Shown here one piece after another: positions 29,611 through 39,296 of a stretch of DNA of 64,000 bases; positions within the stretch are counted from its first letter, which is position 1; each line of letters starts with the position of its first letter. The stretch is from SAR202 cluster bacterium (GTDB lineage Bacteria > Chloroflexota > Dehalococcoidia > UBA6926 > VFHL01), in the NCBI GenBank assembly GCA_009392005.1, contig VFHL01000003.1, positions 17,221 through 81,220 of the forward strand, read 5' to 3'. Under the pieces are notes generated by a model. It worked only from the letters and a program-made list of their open reading frames with translations. It was not told the origin of the DNA and ran no database searches. The position numbers and the translations under genes are program-made.

Positions 29611-30816
29611 ATGACTCTCAAAATACACCCAAAAAACATCGCACTAACCGCTAGCGCTTTATTCTTGTTTGTTTGTGCCACTTTTGTCCTGTCCCAACAG
29701 GAAACCCACGCACAAAACACAAAGATAGATATCATCGGAAATGTGGTGAATGGTAGCGCAAATAACCTTGCAGTTATAGATATCACTGTTTCCCTCCAAG
29801 CTCTGAGGGAGAATGGTGATACTGCGATGGCAGTCACCACTAATACAGACGAGAAAGGGATGTTTTATTTCAACGGTATTCTGATGGAGCAAGGGATGTT
29901 GTATAGAGTAGCTGTGGAGTATCAAAATGCCCGCTATTTCAGTGATGGATACACAGCGTTAAACATACCTCAGGAACCACTAACCGTAGCCGTATACGAA
30001 ACCACCGAGAATGACTCTCATATAAAATTCGACCAGCAAACTATGATAGTTACAGAAATAGATGCTGAAGCTGGATTTTTAAGAATTATTGAGGATACGA
30101 CAGTTTTGAACAATGGTCAGAAGGCATATATAGGAATGCGAGATGCCAATGGGCAGATTTCGACTGTACGTATACCTCTACCACTATTTGCTTTTGATGT
30201 CTTACCAGGAATTGGGTTTGGGGCGAATGGATTCCTCGTTACGCAAGGTGGCTTGGCAGATATCAGCCCGCTCTTACCCGGTAAACGTGATCTTTTGTAC
30301 GGATACAGTATCCCATATCCCACTAACTCAGTCTCACTGAATCGCTCATACCAATATCCAATCGATGTGGTAAGAATCCTAACACCCGTAGAAGTTGAAT
30401 CTAACCCTAATGGGATGGATTTTTTGGACACCGTAAGCATTGCAGACCGCAAATATAATGCGTTTATCTCCACAAATGTGACTGCAGGTGAATCAATTGG
30501 CGTGTCATTGATCAACCTACCGAAAAGTACGGGGCAAAAAAGTCGAGGTCTGGAATCAACTTTAAAATGGTACGCTTTGGCTACAATAGCGGGAATGCTA
30601 TTCTTGTTAGCAATTCTTGCGACATACAAGCACAAAAAGCGGCAGCAAGAGTCTAGTCTGACTTTTGCAAGCTTACAAGAGGAATCAGCAAGTGAAATCA
30701 TCCAGCTGAGAGAAGCCTATCTATCTGGATCAATGAATGAACAAGAATATAACGCTCGACGCGCCGAGATAATCAACCAACTAAGAAGGAACCGCGAACA
30801 CCAGCCGAAAGAGTAA
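29611..30816 (+). CDS. Uncharacterised secreted/membrane-anchored protein: signal peptide, carboxypeptidase-regulatory-like beta-sandwich, C-terminal TM and SHOCT-like tail
   Basis: 401 aa. Signal-like N-terminus (ALTASALFLFVCATFVLS). IIGNVVNG...TTNTDEKGMFYFNGI resembles CarboxypepD_reg repeats. TM WYALATIAGMLFLLAILATY, then GSMNEQEYNARRAEIINQL. Confidence 0.6.
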   Translation: MTLKIHPKNIALTASALFLFVCATFVLSQQETHAQNTKIDIIGNVVNGSANNLAVIDITVSLQALRENGDTAMAVTTNTDEKGMFYFNGILMEQGMLYRVAVEYQNARYFSDGYTALNIPQEPLTVAVYETTENDSHIKFDQQTMIVTEIDAEAGFLRIIEDTTVLNNGQKAYIGMRDANGQISTVRIPLPLFAFDVLPGIGFGANGFLVTQGGLADISPLLPGKRDLLYGYSIPYPTNSVSLNRSYQYPIDVVRILTPVEVESNPNGMDFLDTVSIADRKYNAFISTNVTAGESIGVSLINLPKSTGQKSRGLESTLKWYALATIAGMLFLLAILATYKHKKRQQESSLTFASLQEESASEIIQLREAYLSGSMNEQEYNARRAEIINQLRRNREHQPKE

Positions 30817-30820
30817 ATAT

Positions 30821-31543
30821 ATGGATGGTACAAATCTGACGGCAATTAATTTGGGAAAAAAATTTCATCAGCACCAGTTTGTACTCCGCCATTTAGATCT
30901 ACATGTAAAACCAAATCAGCGTGTCGGCATCTTTGGACCCAACGGAGCTGGTAAAACAACACTTTTGAAATTAATGACAGGACTTTTTCGGCCTACTGAA
31001 GGAACTATAGAAATTGATGGGATATCTCCTTTTTCTGGTGCGGAAGGGGCTCGCATCAGATCGAGCCTTGGATTTGTTTCGCATCAAACTTATCTTTATA
31101 ACGAAATGACAGTTCTTGAAAATTTGGATTTGCATGGAAAATTACATGGAATTAAGGAGCGGAGAACTAGAATAATCACTTCACTCGAAAATGTCGGAAT
31201 GACCGACCACATGAACCGTCCAGTGGGACAATTGTCACGCGGTATGCAGCAAAGAATCGCGCTCGCAAGATCAACGCTACACGAACCAGAACTAATTGTT
31301 TTCGATGAACCTGACACAGGACTAGACGACTTCGCCCGCGAAAAGTTGCAAGGCTTTATGCAAACAGGATTATCAGAACGGACAATGATCATTACAACAC
31401 ACAACCTAGAGCTAGGAATGGCTGTCACAGATAGATGGATTATTCTATTGAATGGTGTAATCGCATACGACATTGATTCCGTCGCGACAACGAATGAAGA
31501 TTTCAGTTATACCTACAAACAAATCATGTCATCGACACCTTAA
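30821..31543 (+). CDS. ccmA: Heme exporter ATP-binding protein CcmA
   Basis: 240 aa. Walker A GPNGAGKTT, LSRGMQQRIALAR, IVFDEP. Precedes ccmB and ccmC. Confidence 0.88.
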   Translation: MDGTNLTAINLGKKFHQHQFVLRHLDLHVKPNQRVGIFGPNGAGKTTLLKLMTGLFRPTEGTIEIDGISPFSGAEGARIRSSLGFVSHQTYLYNEMTVLENLDLHGKLHGIKERRTRIITSLENVGMTDHMNRPVGQLSRGMQQRIALARSTLHEPELIVFDEPDTGLDDFAREKLQGFMQTGLSERTMIITTHNLELGMAVTDRWIILLNGVIAYDIDSVATTNEDFSYTYKQIMSSTP

Positions 31544-31551
31544 CGCAAGAG

Positions 31552-32253
31552 ATGAAAAAAAGAGCGTTTGGAAAAGATCTCCCCGGATTAATTCAACAAA
31601 CATGGCTCCTTCTCAAGAAGGATGCACTAGTTGAGTTACGGTCAAAAGAATCGATTCCATTAATGATCGTGTTTTGCATTGTCTCACTCGTGATTTTTAA
31701 TTTCACATTTGACCTCCGTACCAGTAACGTCACTCTACTGGCTCCGGGAATTCTTTGGGTATCATTCATATTTTCTGGGCTTCTAGGATTGGGACGATCC
31801 TTTACTCGTGAAACCGAGCGAGAAACGCTCGCTGGAATACGCCTAGCACCTGTAGATCCAGCGGCAATTTACTTGAGCAAAATGCTCGCTTGCTTTTTTT
31901 CTGTCACAATCCTTCAATTATTGCTGACTTTTTTAATGGTTGTCTTTTTTGATGTCAACCTGGCTAAACCCTTCGTTGCTGTTGCTCTTCCCTTAGGAAG
32001 TCTAGGATTCGCAGCAATCGGCACTCCGTTCGCAGCGATGACGATGAACACGCGAGCCAGGGAGGCTTTACTACCTGTATTACTCCTACCGGTTCTACTA
32101 CCACTAGTCTTAGCAGTAGTTAGCAGCACAGCACTGGCGATGGACAATGTGGAATGGAATGAGATTAGCTTATGGATTCATTTTTTGATTGGCTATGATG
32201 TTTTATTTTTAACAATTAGTTTTTTAGGATTTCAAATTATAGTAGAAGAATAA
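31552..32253 (+). CDS. ccmB: Heme exporter membrane protein CcmB
   Basis: 233 aa, six-TM pattern, FTRETERETLAGIRLAPV motif region typical of CcmB. Confidence 0.85.
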   Translation: MKKRAFGKDLPGLIQQTWLLLKKDALVELRSKESIPLMIVFCIVSLVIFNFTFDLRTSNVTLLAPGILWVSFIFSGLLGLGRSFTRETERETLAGIRLAPVDPAAIYLSKMLACFFSVTILQLLLTFLMVVFFDVNLAKPFVAVALPLGSLGFAAIGTPFAAMTMNTRAREALLPVLLLPVLLPLVLAVVSSTALAMDNVEWNEISLWIHFLIGYDVLFLTISFLGFQIIVEE

Positions 32254-32289
32254 AATCTACGATATAATCAGGGCCGATACAGAAGATTA

Positions 32290-33018
32290 GTGAAGGATTT
32301 AACAATCAACTCTACACCTCAAAAACAATACCGCCCCGGAACATCACTTGTGATCACCGCGATTGCATCTACGGTGGCACTTTCCGTTGGGTTTTATATG
32401 GCGCTCATATATGCGCCAGAGGAAGCTCTCCAAGGCGGTGCTCAAAGAATTTTCTACCTTCATGTTCCTGCTTTGTGGGTAGGTGCATTAGCATTTTTAG
32501 TGGTATTCATCAGTAGCTTAGGGTACCTCTTTTCGCGCAATACGATTTGGGACATTATCGCCCGTTCGTCAGCAGAGATGGGTGTTATTTTCTTAACGCT
32601 GGGGATTGTAGCTGGAGCAATTTGGGCTAGGCCGATTTGGGGCATTTGGTATAGCTTTGACCCGAGAGGGACAACCACGCTCGTTTTGTGGTTAACATAC
32701 GTTTCGTACATTATGTTAAGGTCCATCGTCGGATCAGGGCCCCGAACATCTAGGCTAAGTGCGTTTTTGGGAATTGTAGGGTTTATCAATGTACCACTAG
32801 TGTTTATGGCAACACGATGGTGGCGAACATTACACCCCGCTCCAACAATTGTCACATCGGATTCTGAGTCAGGAATGCCACAAGAAATGTTCCTCGCATT
32901 TTTAGTATGCCTTGGAGCGTTCACAATATTTTATGCTTTCCTAATGATCTATCGTGTACAACTGGAACAAATCGTTGAGCGTGTCCAAACAGCTCGTTCA
33001 ACGCTCGGGCTATTTTGA
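32290..33018 (+). CDS. ccmC: Heme exporter/heme-handling protein CcmC
   Basis: 242 aa. Trp-rich WWD-type motif WARPIWGIWYSFDPRGTTTLVLW. GTG start. Confidence 0.9.
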   Translation: MKDLTINSTPQKQYRPGTSLVITAIASTVALSVGFYMALIYAPEEALQGGAQRIFYLHVPALWVGALAFLVVFISSLGYLFSRNTIWDIIARSSAEMGVIFLTLGIVAGAIWARPIWGIWYSFDPRGTTTLVLWLTYVSYIMLRSIVGSGPRTSRLSAFLGIVGFINVPLVFMATRWWRTLHPAPTIVTSDSESGMPQEMFLAFLVCLGAFTIFYAFLMIYRVQLEQIVERVQTARSTLGLF

Positions 33019-33053
33019 GTACTTCACAAAAATGAACAATTGAAGAGGTTATT

Positions 33054-33209
33054 ATGAATAACGCTATTTTCGCCTTTATCGCGTATGCATTGCTTTGGGC
33101 AATGTTGATTGCATATATAGTAATTTTAGCTAAGCGGCAATCAGAAATGCGAGGACAACTAGATGAAATTGAACACGCTCTCACGACACAAGACACGAAA
33201 CAAGAATAA
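33054..33209 (+). CDS. ccmD: CcmD-like small membrane protein (51 aa, below the ORF-track cutoff)
   Basis: My translation is MNNAIFAFIAYALLWAMLIAYIVILAKRQSEMRGQLDEIEHALTTQDTKQE: a single TM plus a charged tail, with a GAAGAGG RBS 6 nt upstream. Its position directly after ccmC is as in canonical ccmABCD. Confidence 0.65.
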   Translation: MNNAIFAFIAYALLWAMLIAYIVILAKRQSEMRGQLDEIEHALTTQDTKQE

Positions 33210-33244
33210 CTACCTAGAATTTTGAAGGTGAAGAGATTACCCCT

Positions 33245-33895
33245 TTGCCAAAACGAACTTTCATCGTCAATGGGCTTGGAATAGCTCTTCTAATAATCGC
33301 ATTGGCGATCATATACATTTCATCATTCCTCCGACAAGAGCCGGGTGGGTTCCAAGGTAATCAGTTAGACCCCCCAAGATCATCACTTGATTTCGAATTA
33401 ACCAATCAAAACGGTATTAAAACAAGATGGTCTGATTATCGCGGGAAGTATCTTGTTTTGACCTTCCTCTACACTAATTGCCGCGAACTTTGCCCGGTAA
33501 TCGCAAATAAAATCCAACAGACCCAAACAGCCATAAGTGAAAAAACGGATCAAGTACGCTTTGTAGCAATATCTCTTGATCCAGAAAGAGATACCCCTGA
33601 TTCAATAAGAGAATTTATGATGAGATGGAACTTGAATTCTTGGGATTACCTTGTCGGATCCGAAGATCTTCTCGAGCCATTATGGCAGCACTATTGGGTT
33701 GGAACGTTGTTTCAAGAATCAATCGAGAATACTGCTACCAGTAATAGAGCGTATGGGGAATATGCAATAAATCATGCCTCACCAGTGCACTTGATTGATC
33801 AGAATGGATACGCCCATGTTGCTTACAGTAGTCTTTTCGAATCCCATGAACTCACAAATGACATTTTGTATTTGGTCAAAATAAACGAACGATGA
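33245..33895 (+). CDS. SCO1/SenC family copper chaperone / thioredoxin-fold protein
   Basis: 216 aa. N-terminal TM, CxxxC motif YTNCRELCPV, downstream conserved His (HASPVHLID), FVAISLDPERDTP. Confidence 0.85.
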   Translation: MPKRTFIVNGLGIALLIIALAIIYISSFLRQEPGGFQGNQLDPPRSSLDFELTNQNGIKTRWSDYRGKYLVLTFLYTNCRELCPVIANKIQQTQTAISEKTDQVRFVAISLDPERDTPDSIREFMMRWNLNSWDYLVGSEDLLEPLWQHYWVGTLFQESIENTATSNRAYGEYAINHASPVHLIDQNGYAHVAYSSLFESHELTNDILYLVKINER

Positions 33896-34003
33896 AAGTA
33901 GTCCAGCATCATTAAAGGCCATGAATTCCCGAGGCACCGAGCAAGCTTAAATAAGTGCCCTCTTTAGAAACTTTTTAACTTCCAGAATAAATACTCGCTA
34001 ACC

Positions 34004-34033
34004 TTGACACTCATACGTCATCTTGGGTACACT
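34004..34033 (+). promoter_or_regulatory. Candidate sigma-70 promoter of the str/ribosomal protein operon
   Basis: TTGACA (34004-34009), 18-nt spacer, TACACT (34028-34033). It would give a leader of about 175 nt before rpsL. Confidence 0.45.
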
Positions 34034-34211
34034 CCCACGGCAAACAGTTAGTGGAACGTACCCAGGGGAAAACACCTTGGGTCCGAATCTCTCTCAGTGG
34101 CCCTACTCACGGGTAGAGACTCATTTGTGAGTTTCTTGTAACCAGGTAGATGGCCCGGGGGAGATTTTGTGGTGTAAACATGTGTTTAAAGACATTTTTT
34201 TGGGAGGCATC

Positions 34212-34622
34212 ATGCCAACAGTAAATCAGTTGGTTCGACGTGGTCGAACCCCGAAGAAAAAGAAGCCGACGGCACCAGCAATGCGAGTTAATTACAATTC
34301 GCTTAAAGGCGCTGTGTCACGTGACGCGTATTCACCTCAAAAAAGGGGTGTGTGCACCCAGGTCCGGACCGCAACCCCGAAGAAGCCGAATTCAGCTCTC
34401 CGGAAAGTCGCAAGAGTGCGGTTAACCAACCAGCAGGAAGTAACAGCTTACATACCTGGCGAGGGGCACAATCTGCAAGAACACTCAACGGTCCTAATCC
34501 GTGGAGGTAGAGTTAAGGATTTACCAGGCGTTCGATACCATATCATCCGAGGAACGCTTGACACCGATGGTGTAAGTGGAAGAACCAGGGGACGTAGCAA
34601 GTACGGAACGAAAAAAGGGTAG
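34212..34622 (+). CDS. rpsL: 30S ribosomal protein S12
   Basis: [12 protein letters not shown]...[18 protein letters not shown]...[18 protein letters not shown] chose the ATG at 34212, preceded by GGGAGG. The track's 34167 start adds a non-homologous extension. Confidence 0.97.
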   Translation: MPTVNQLVRRGRTPKKKKPTAPAMRVNYNSLKGAVSRDAYSPQKRGVCTQVRTATPKKPNSALRKVARVRLTNQQEVTAYIPGEGHNLQEHSTVLIRGGRVKDLPGVRYHIIRGTLDTDGVSGRTRGRSKYGTKKG

Positions 34623-34631
34623 GAGAATTTA

Positions 34632-35102
34632 ATGCCACGTAGACGGGCAGCAGAACCAAGGATTATAGAACCTGATCCGCGTTATAACAGCGAGAATGTT
34701 GCTCGATTTATTAACAAGGTGATGGAACGAGGCAAGAAAAGCGTGGCCCGGCAGATCGTATATCGATCGTTTGAAATCGTCCAAGAGGAAATGGGTCGTG
34801 ATCCTCTAGATGTGTTTGATGTTGCCATAAGGACCGCGACACCTCAGGTTCAAGTGAGGCCACGGCGCGTTGGAGGCGCAACATATCAAGTACCTGTTGA
34901 AGTTCACTCCCGAAAAGGTACGACATACGCAATGCGCTGGATTGTTGAGTCTGCACGAGCTCGTACGGGATCACCAATGCGACAAAAACTCGCAGAAGAG
35001 TTGATGGAAGCCTCGCGTGGACAAGGGGCAGCCGTCCGCCGACGTGAAAACTTGCACCGCATGGCTGAAGCCAATCAGGCATTCGCACACTACCGGTGGT
35101 AA
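34632..35102 (+). CDS. rpsG: 30S ribosomal protein S7
   Basis: 156 aa, canonical S7 sequence (FINKVMERGKKSVA...AFAHYRW). Confidence 0.98.
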   Translation: MPRRRAAEPRIIEPDPRYNSENVARFINKVMERGKKSVARQIVYRSFEIVQEEMGRDPLDVFDVAIRTATPQVQVRPRRVGGATYQVPVEVHSRKGTTYAMRWIVESARARTGSPMRQKLAEELMEASRGQGAAVRRRENLHRMAEANQAFAHYRW

Positions 35103-35153
35103 AAATTACTAAGTAAATCTAGAACCAAATATCTAATTGATCAGAAGAGAAAA

Positions 35154-37223
35154 ATGAGCCGCTCAACAGAAATAGAAAATATTCGAAATATAGGCTTCAT
35201 AGCCCACATTGACGCAGGAAAGACAACCGTCACAGAACGAGTTCTTTTCTACACCGGCCGCACGTATAAAATAGGCGAGGTTCACGAAGGAACCGCAGTC
35301 ATGGACTGGATGTCGCAAGAACAGGAACGCGGGATTACCATTGTATCCGCGGCGACGACCGCCGAATGGGCAGGCCACCAAGTGAACATTATTGACACAC
35401 CAGGCCACGTAGACTTTACTGCTGAAGTGGAGCGCAGTTTGAGAGTTCTCGATGGCGGTGTAGTGGTTTTTGATGGTGTTGCAGGCGTTGAACCCCAATC
35501 TGAGACAGTATGGCGGCAAGCAGATCGTTATGAAGTGCCAAGAATTTGCTTTGTAAACAAAATGGATCGAGTCGGTGCCGATTTCACTAAAGTACTTGAA
35601 AGCATCCATGATCGTCTCAAAGCGCCTGCGGTCCCAATACAACTGCCGATGGGTAGTGAGGACGCATTTCACGGCGTTATTGATTTGGTCGACTTAAAGG
35701 CACTCGACTATTCAGGGGACGAGCTAGAACCAAAAGCAGGTCCTATTCCGGACGAGTATCAAGATCGTGTAGCGGAAATGAGAGCTACTCTAACCGAGAG
35801 AGTTGCAGAAAACGATGATGACCTCATGTTGAAGTACCTTGAAGGTCAAGAACTAACCAATGAAGAAATTAAACATGGCCTGCGTCGAGCTACCATAAAA
35901 GGAAAAATTTACCCTGTTCTTTGTGGTACTGCTCTCAAGAACAAAGGTATCCAGCCATTGCTAGACGCTGTAATTGCATACCTGCCGGCACCCAATGAAA
36001 TTCCTTCGCTTGTAGGAACAGTGCCTGGGTCGGAAGAGGAAACAACACGTGCACTCAAAGATGATGAGCCATTCAGTGCACTTGCGTTCAAAGTAATGAC
36101 CGATCCATACGCCGGAAGGCTTGTGTTTTTCCGCGTCTATTCTGGCAGGGCGGAAGCAGGATCTGCCATCGCCAACACAACACAGGACGAAAAGGAACGC
36201 ATGGGTCGCCTACTGCGCATGCATGCGGCCGACCGCGAGGAGATTGAAGAAGTAGGTGCAGGCGACATTGCAGCTGCCTTAGGACTCAGGAACACATCCA
36301 CTGGAGACACTTTGAGCGCGGATGATTTCCCTATAATTCTTGAGAAAATCAGTTTCCCGGAACCAGTAATAACAATTGCCGTAGAGCCTAAAAGCCAAGA
36401 AGACGAAGAAAAGCTTGGCGACGCACTAACAAAACTCGCTGAAGAAGATCCGACATTCCAACGCCGATATGATCAAGAGACCGGTCAAACAGTCGTTTCG
36501 GGTATGGGAGAGCTTCACTTAGAAGTTCTGATGGAACGGGCTAAACGAGAATTCAATGTTGAAGCACGCATAAGTAAGCCTCAAGTTGCATACAGGGAAA
36601 CGATCACGCAACCTGCGAGAGCAGAGGGGCGGTATGTGAGACAAACAGGAGGCCGTGGACAATATGGCCACGTTTGGCTCGAAATTGAACCCCTAGATCC
36701 AGGCGAAGGTTTTCTGTTTGAAAACAAGATTGTTGGTGGATCAGTCCCAAGAGAATATATTAACCCAGTTCAACAAGGTATTAAGGAAGCACTCGAGACC
36801 GGAGTCTTAGCCAATTTCCCAATAGTTGATGTCGCTGTACGGCTCGTGGATGGTAGTTTCCATCCTGTGGACTCATCAGAAATGGCATTCAAAATGGCCG
36901 GGTCCATCGGTTTCAAAGAAGCTGTCCGAAAAGCGCGTCCCGCCCTACTCGAACCGATTATGGCAATTGACGTGACTACTCCACAGGATTTTATGGGAAA
37001 TATTCTTGGAGATCTAAATTCTAGACGTGCCCAGATGCGTGATATGGAAACCCGTGGCGACACTCAAGTAATTCAAGCATACGTTCCATTAGGCGAAATG
37101 TTCGGGTACGCAACGTTCTTACGTTCAATGAGCCAGGGGCGAGCGGTTTTCACCATGGAATTTCACCATTATGACCATGTGCCTCGAAACATCGCAGAAG
37201 AAATAGGAGGGCGGAGCCGCTAA
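35154..37223 (+). CDS. fusA: Elongation factor G
   Basis: 689 aa. G1 [10 protein letters not shown]3 DTPGHVDF, G4 NKMD. Confidence 0.98.
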   Translation: MSRSTEIENIRNIGFIAHIDAGKTTVTERVLFYTGRTYKIGEVHEGTAVMDWMSQEQERGITIVSAATTAEWAGHQVNIIDTPGHVDFTAEVERSLRVLDGGVVVFDGVAGVEPQSETVWRQADRYEVPRICFVNKMDRVGADFTKVLESIHDRLKAPAVPIQLPMGSEDAFHGVIDLVDLKALDYSGDELEPKAGPIPDEYQDRVAEMRATLTERVAENDDDLMLKYLEGQELTNEEIKHGLRRATIKGKIYPVLCGTALKNKGIQPLLDAVIAYLPAPNEIPSLVGTVPGSEEETTRALKDDEPFSALAFKVMTDPYAGRLVFFRVYSGRAEAGSAIANTTQDEKERMGRLLRMHAADREEIEEVGAGDIAAALGLRNTSTGDTLSADDFPIILEKISFPEPVITIAVEPKSQEDEEKLGDALTKLAEEDPTFQRRYDQETGQTVVSGMGELHLEVLMERAKREFNVEARISKPQVAYRETITQPARAEGRYVRQTGGRGQYGHVWLEIEPLDPGEGFLFENKIVGGSVPREYINPVQQGIKEALETGVLANFPIVDVAVRLVDGSFHPVDSSEMAFKMAGSIGFKEAVRKARPALLEPIMAIDVTTPQDFMGNILGDLNSRRAQMRDMETRGDTQVIQAYVPLGEMFGYATFLRSMSQGRAVFTMEFHHYDHVPRNIAEEIGGRSR

Positions 37224-37239
37224 CACGGCTATCTTCAAA

Positions 37240-37554
37240 ATGACTACTCCAAAGCAAACGATCAGGATAAAATTACGCGCATATGAGCACCGCGCCTTAG
37301 ATATATCCGCGCGGCAAATTGTAGAAGCTGCCGAACAAACAGGAGCAGTCGTGACTGGTCCGATTCCGTTGCCAACACATATTCGTAAATTCACTGTCAT
37401 CCGTGGACCACATGTCGATAAAGATTCACGCGAACAGTTTGAAATGAGAACACATAAACGCCTAATCGATATTACAGAAATATCATCACGAACCATAGAT
37501 TCGCTAACACACCTGACTCTACCCGCTGGTGTTGATATAGAAATACAATCATAA
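37240..37554 (+). CDS. rpsJ: 30S ribosomal protein S10
   Basis: 104 aa. [14 protein letters not shown]...GPIPLPT...[28 protein letters not shown]. Confidence 0.98.
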   Translation: MTTPKQTIRIKLRAYEHRALDISARQIVEAAEQTGAVVTGPIPLPTHIRKFTVIRGPHVDKDSREQFEMRTHKRLIDITEISSRTIDSLTHLTLPAGVDIEIQS

Positions 37555-37556
37555 TC

Positions 37557-38183
37557 ATGTTACTAGGAACACTCGGAAAAAAACTGGGTATGACCCAAAT
37601 GATCAGCGAAGACGGCATAGTAAATGCCGTGACCGCAGTTGACGTTACACCTAGTACTATCGTTCAGATTAAGACACTAGATCGGGATGGGTACGAAAAA
37701 ATCCAATTAGGTTATGGGGAGGCGAACAAGATATCGAAACCTCTTCAGGGACACATGAAAGATCTCGGAGAGTTCCGATATTTACGAGAGGTACCCGTAA
37801 AAGATTCAAGCGATCATTCTCTTGGAGACATCGTTACCGCTGACGTTTTTTCTGTTGGCGACAAAATATCAATAACAGGCACCTCAAAAGGCAAGGGCTT
37901 TGCAGGACCAATTAAACGCTATCACTTCAAAGGTGGACCCAAAAGTCATGGACAAAAGGATAAACACCGAGCGCCAGGTTCGATAGGAGCGGGTACAACC
38001 CCGGGCCGCGTCTGGAAGGGCCAGCGAATGGCAGGCCACATGGGAATGGAGAAAGTTACCGTTCGCAATCTTCAGATAGCTGCGATCGATCTTGAGAGCA
38101 ACATTATCCTCGTCAAAGGTGCTGTGCCTGGCCCACCCGGTAATCTCCTGATCCTCCGTAAGAAGGCTGAGAGGACCTTATAG
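37557..38183 (+). CDS. rplC: 50S ribosomal protein L3
   Basis: 208 aa. GKKLGMTQ, GTSKGKGFAG..KRYHF, GSIG..TPGRVWKG..MAGHMG. Confidence 0.98.
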   Translation: MLLGTLGKKLGMTQMISEDGIVNAVTAVDVTPSTIVQIKTLDRDGYEKIQLGYGEANKISKPLQGHMKDLGEFRYLREVPVKDSSDHSLGDIVTADVFSVGDKISITGTSKGKGFAGPIKRYHFKGGPKSHGQKDKHRAPGSIGAGTTPGRVWKGQRMAGHMGMEKVTVRNLQIAAIDLESNIILVKGAVPGPPGNLLILRKKAERTL

Positions 38184-38184
38184 C

Positions 38185-38979
38185 ATGCACGTAAATGTAT
38201 ATGACCCTCAAGGAGAAATTGCAGGCGAAGTCCAAATCAGTGACGAACTATTCGATACGCCAATGAACCTGGGACTCGTTCATCAAGCATACATACGCCA
38301 ACGGGCAAACGCCCGGGCGGGTACAGCTTCGACGAAACAACGAGGTGAAGTTCGAGGTGGCGGCCGGAAACCATGGAGACAAAAGGGTACCGGTCGGGCG
38401 CGAGCTGGTACTATCCGTAGCCCGCTTTGGCGGGGTGGGGGGGTAACGTTTGGCCCTAAACCTAGAAGTTACAGACAGGACATGCCAAAAAAAATGCGCC
38501 GCTTAGCTTTGAGGTGTTCTCTATCTGACAAGCAGGCGAGCAGCAAGCTCACAATTATTGATGGACTAAACATTGAAAACCCGAGCACTAAAACTCTAGC
38601 AGGAATATTGCGGGCGCTTAATCTGAACCGATCCACATTATTAGTGACAGATGAAACACAAAGTTCGATCGTCCTGTCAGCACGCAACATCCCAAAGGTA
38701 AAAACTCTACCCGTATCGCACTTAAATGTTAATGACCTAATTCGACATGACCATTTATTAATAACGCTAAAAGCGGTTCGTAAAGCAGAATCAATTTGGG
38801 CCGAATTAGAGGAAGAATATTCGCCGTTAGTCGTGGAAAACAATAATACTTCACCGGAAAAGAACGCTAAACGTTCTTCAACTCCCAAAAAAGCTTCCCG
38901 ACGGAGCAAAAATGCTGCGGAAAAGGAAACAACCGCAGAAAGTGATTCAGGCGAGACTGAAATGGAAGAGGCCAAATAG
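38185..38979 (+). CDS. rplD: 50S ribosomal protein L4 with about 55-aa charged C-terminal tail
   Basis: 264 aa. Conserved GTASTKQRGEVRGGGRKPWRQKGTGRARAGTIRSPLWRGGGVTFGP. Confidence 0.97.
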   Translation: MHVNVYDPQGEIAGEVQISDELFDTPMNLGLVHQAYIRQRANARAGTASTKQRGEVRGGGRKPWRQKGTGRARAGTIRSPLWRGGGVTFGPKPRSYRQDMPKKMRRLALRCSLSDKQASSKLTIIDGLNIENPSTKTLAGILRALNLNRSTLLVTDETQSSIVLSARNIPKVKTLPVSHLNVNDLIRHDHLLITLKAVRKAESIWAELEEEYSPLVVENNNTSPEKNAKRSSTPKKASRRSKNAAEKETTAESDSGETEMEEAK

Positions 38980-39273
38980 ATGCACCCATTAGAAGTATTG
39001 CGCCGGCCAGTAGTAACCGAGAAAAGTGTTCTCATGGCTGAAGAAGGAAAATACGTTTTCCAGACGCATCCAAACGCGAACAAGATGCAAATCAAAGAAG
39101 CCGTGACACAAGCATTTGAAGTCACTGTGTTAAAGGTGAACACCTTGACTATGCCAGGGAAAAGACGTCGATCTCGCCAACGTGGTGGATGGGAAAGTCG
39201 TAGTAAGGCATGGAAAAAGGCGATCGTCACATTGGCACCCGGTGAGAGAATAGAACTGTTTGAAAGCCCATAG
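38980..39273 (+). CDS. rplW: 50S ribosomal protein L23
   Basis: 97 aa. RPVVTEKS, KMQIKEAVTQAFEVTVLKVNT. Confidence 0.97.
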   Translation: MHPLEVLRRPVVTEKSVLMAEEGKYVFQTHPNANKMQIKEAVTQAFEVTVLKVNTLTMPGKRRRSRQRGGWESRSKAWKKAIVTLAPGERIELFESP

Positions 39274-39296
39274 CTACAGAAATAAGAGACTAAACT

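Noticed and set aside
33245-33895. Possibility that the thioredoxin-fold gene after ccmD is the missing CcmG/DsbE
   Set aside because: The active site is CRELC (CxxxC) with the downstream conserved His typical of SCO1/SenC copper chaperones. It is not the WCxxC of CcmG/ResA/TlpA, so it is kept as SCO1-like.
34167-34211. N-terminal extensions offered by the ORF track for rpsL (34167), rplP (41441), rpoA (51352), truA (52937), ribH (63860), atpZ (9883), the HAD gene (15188), DUF503 (18694), gnd (19065), thiQ (7640) and acs (59266)
   Set aside because: The extra residues have no homology to the respective families. They overlap upstream genes or promoters, and better RBS-preceded internal starts coincide with the conserved N-termini.
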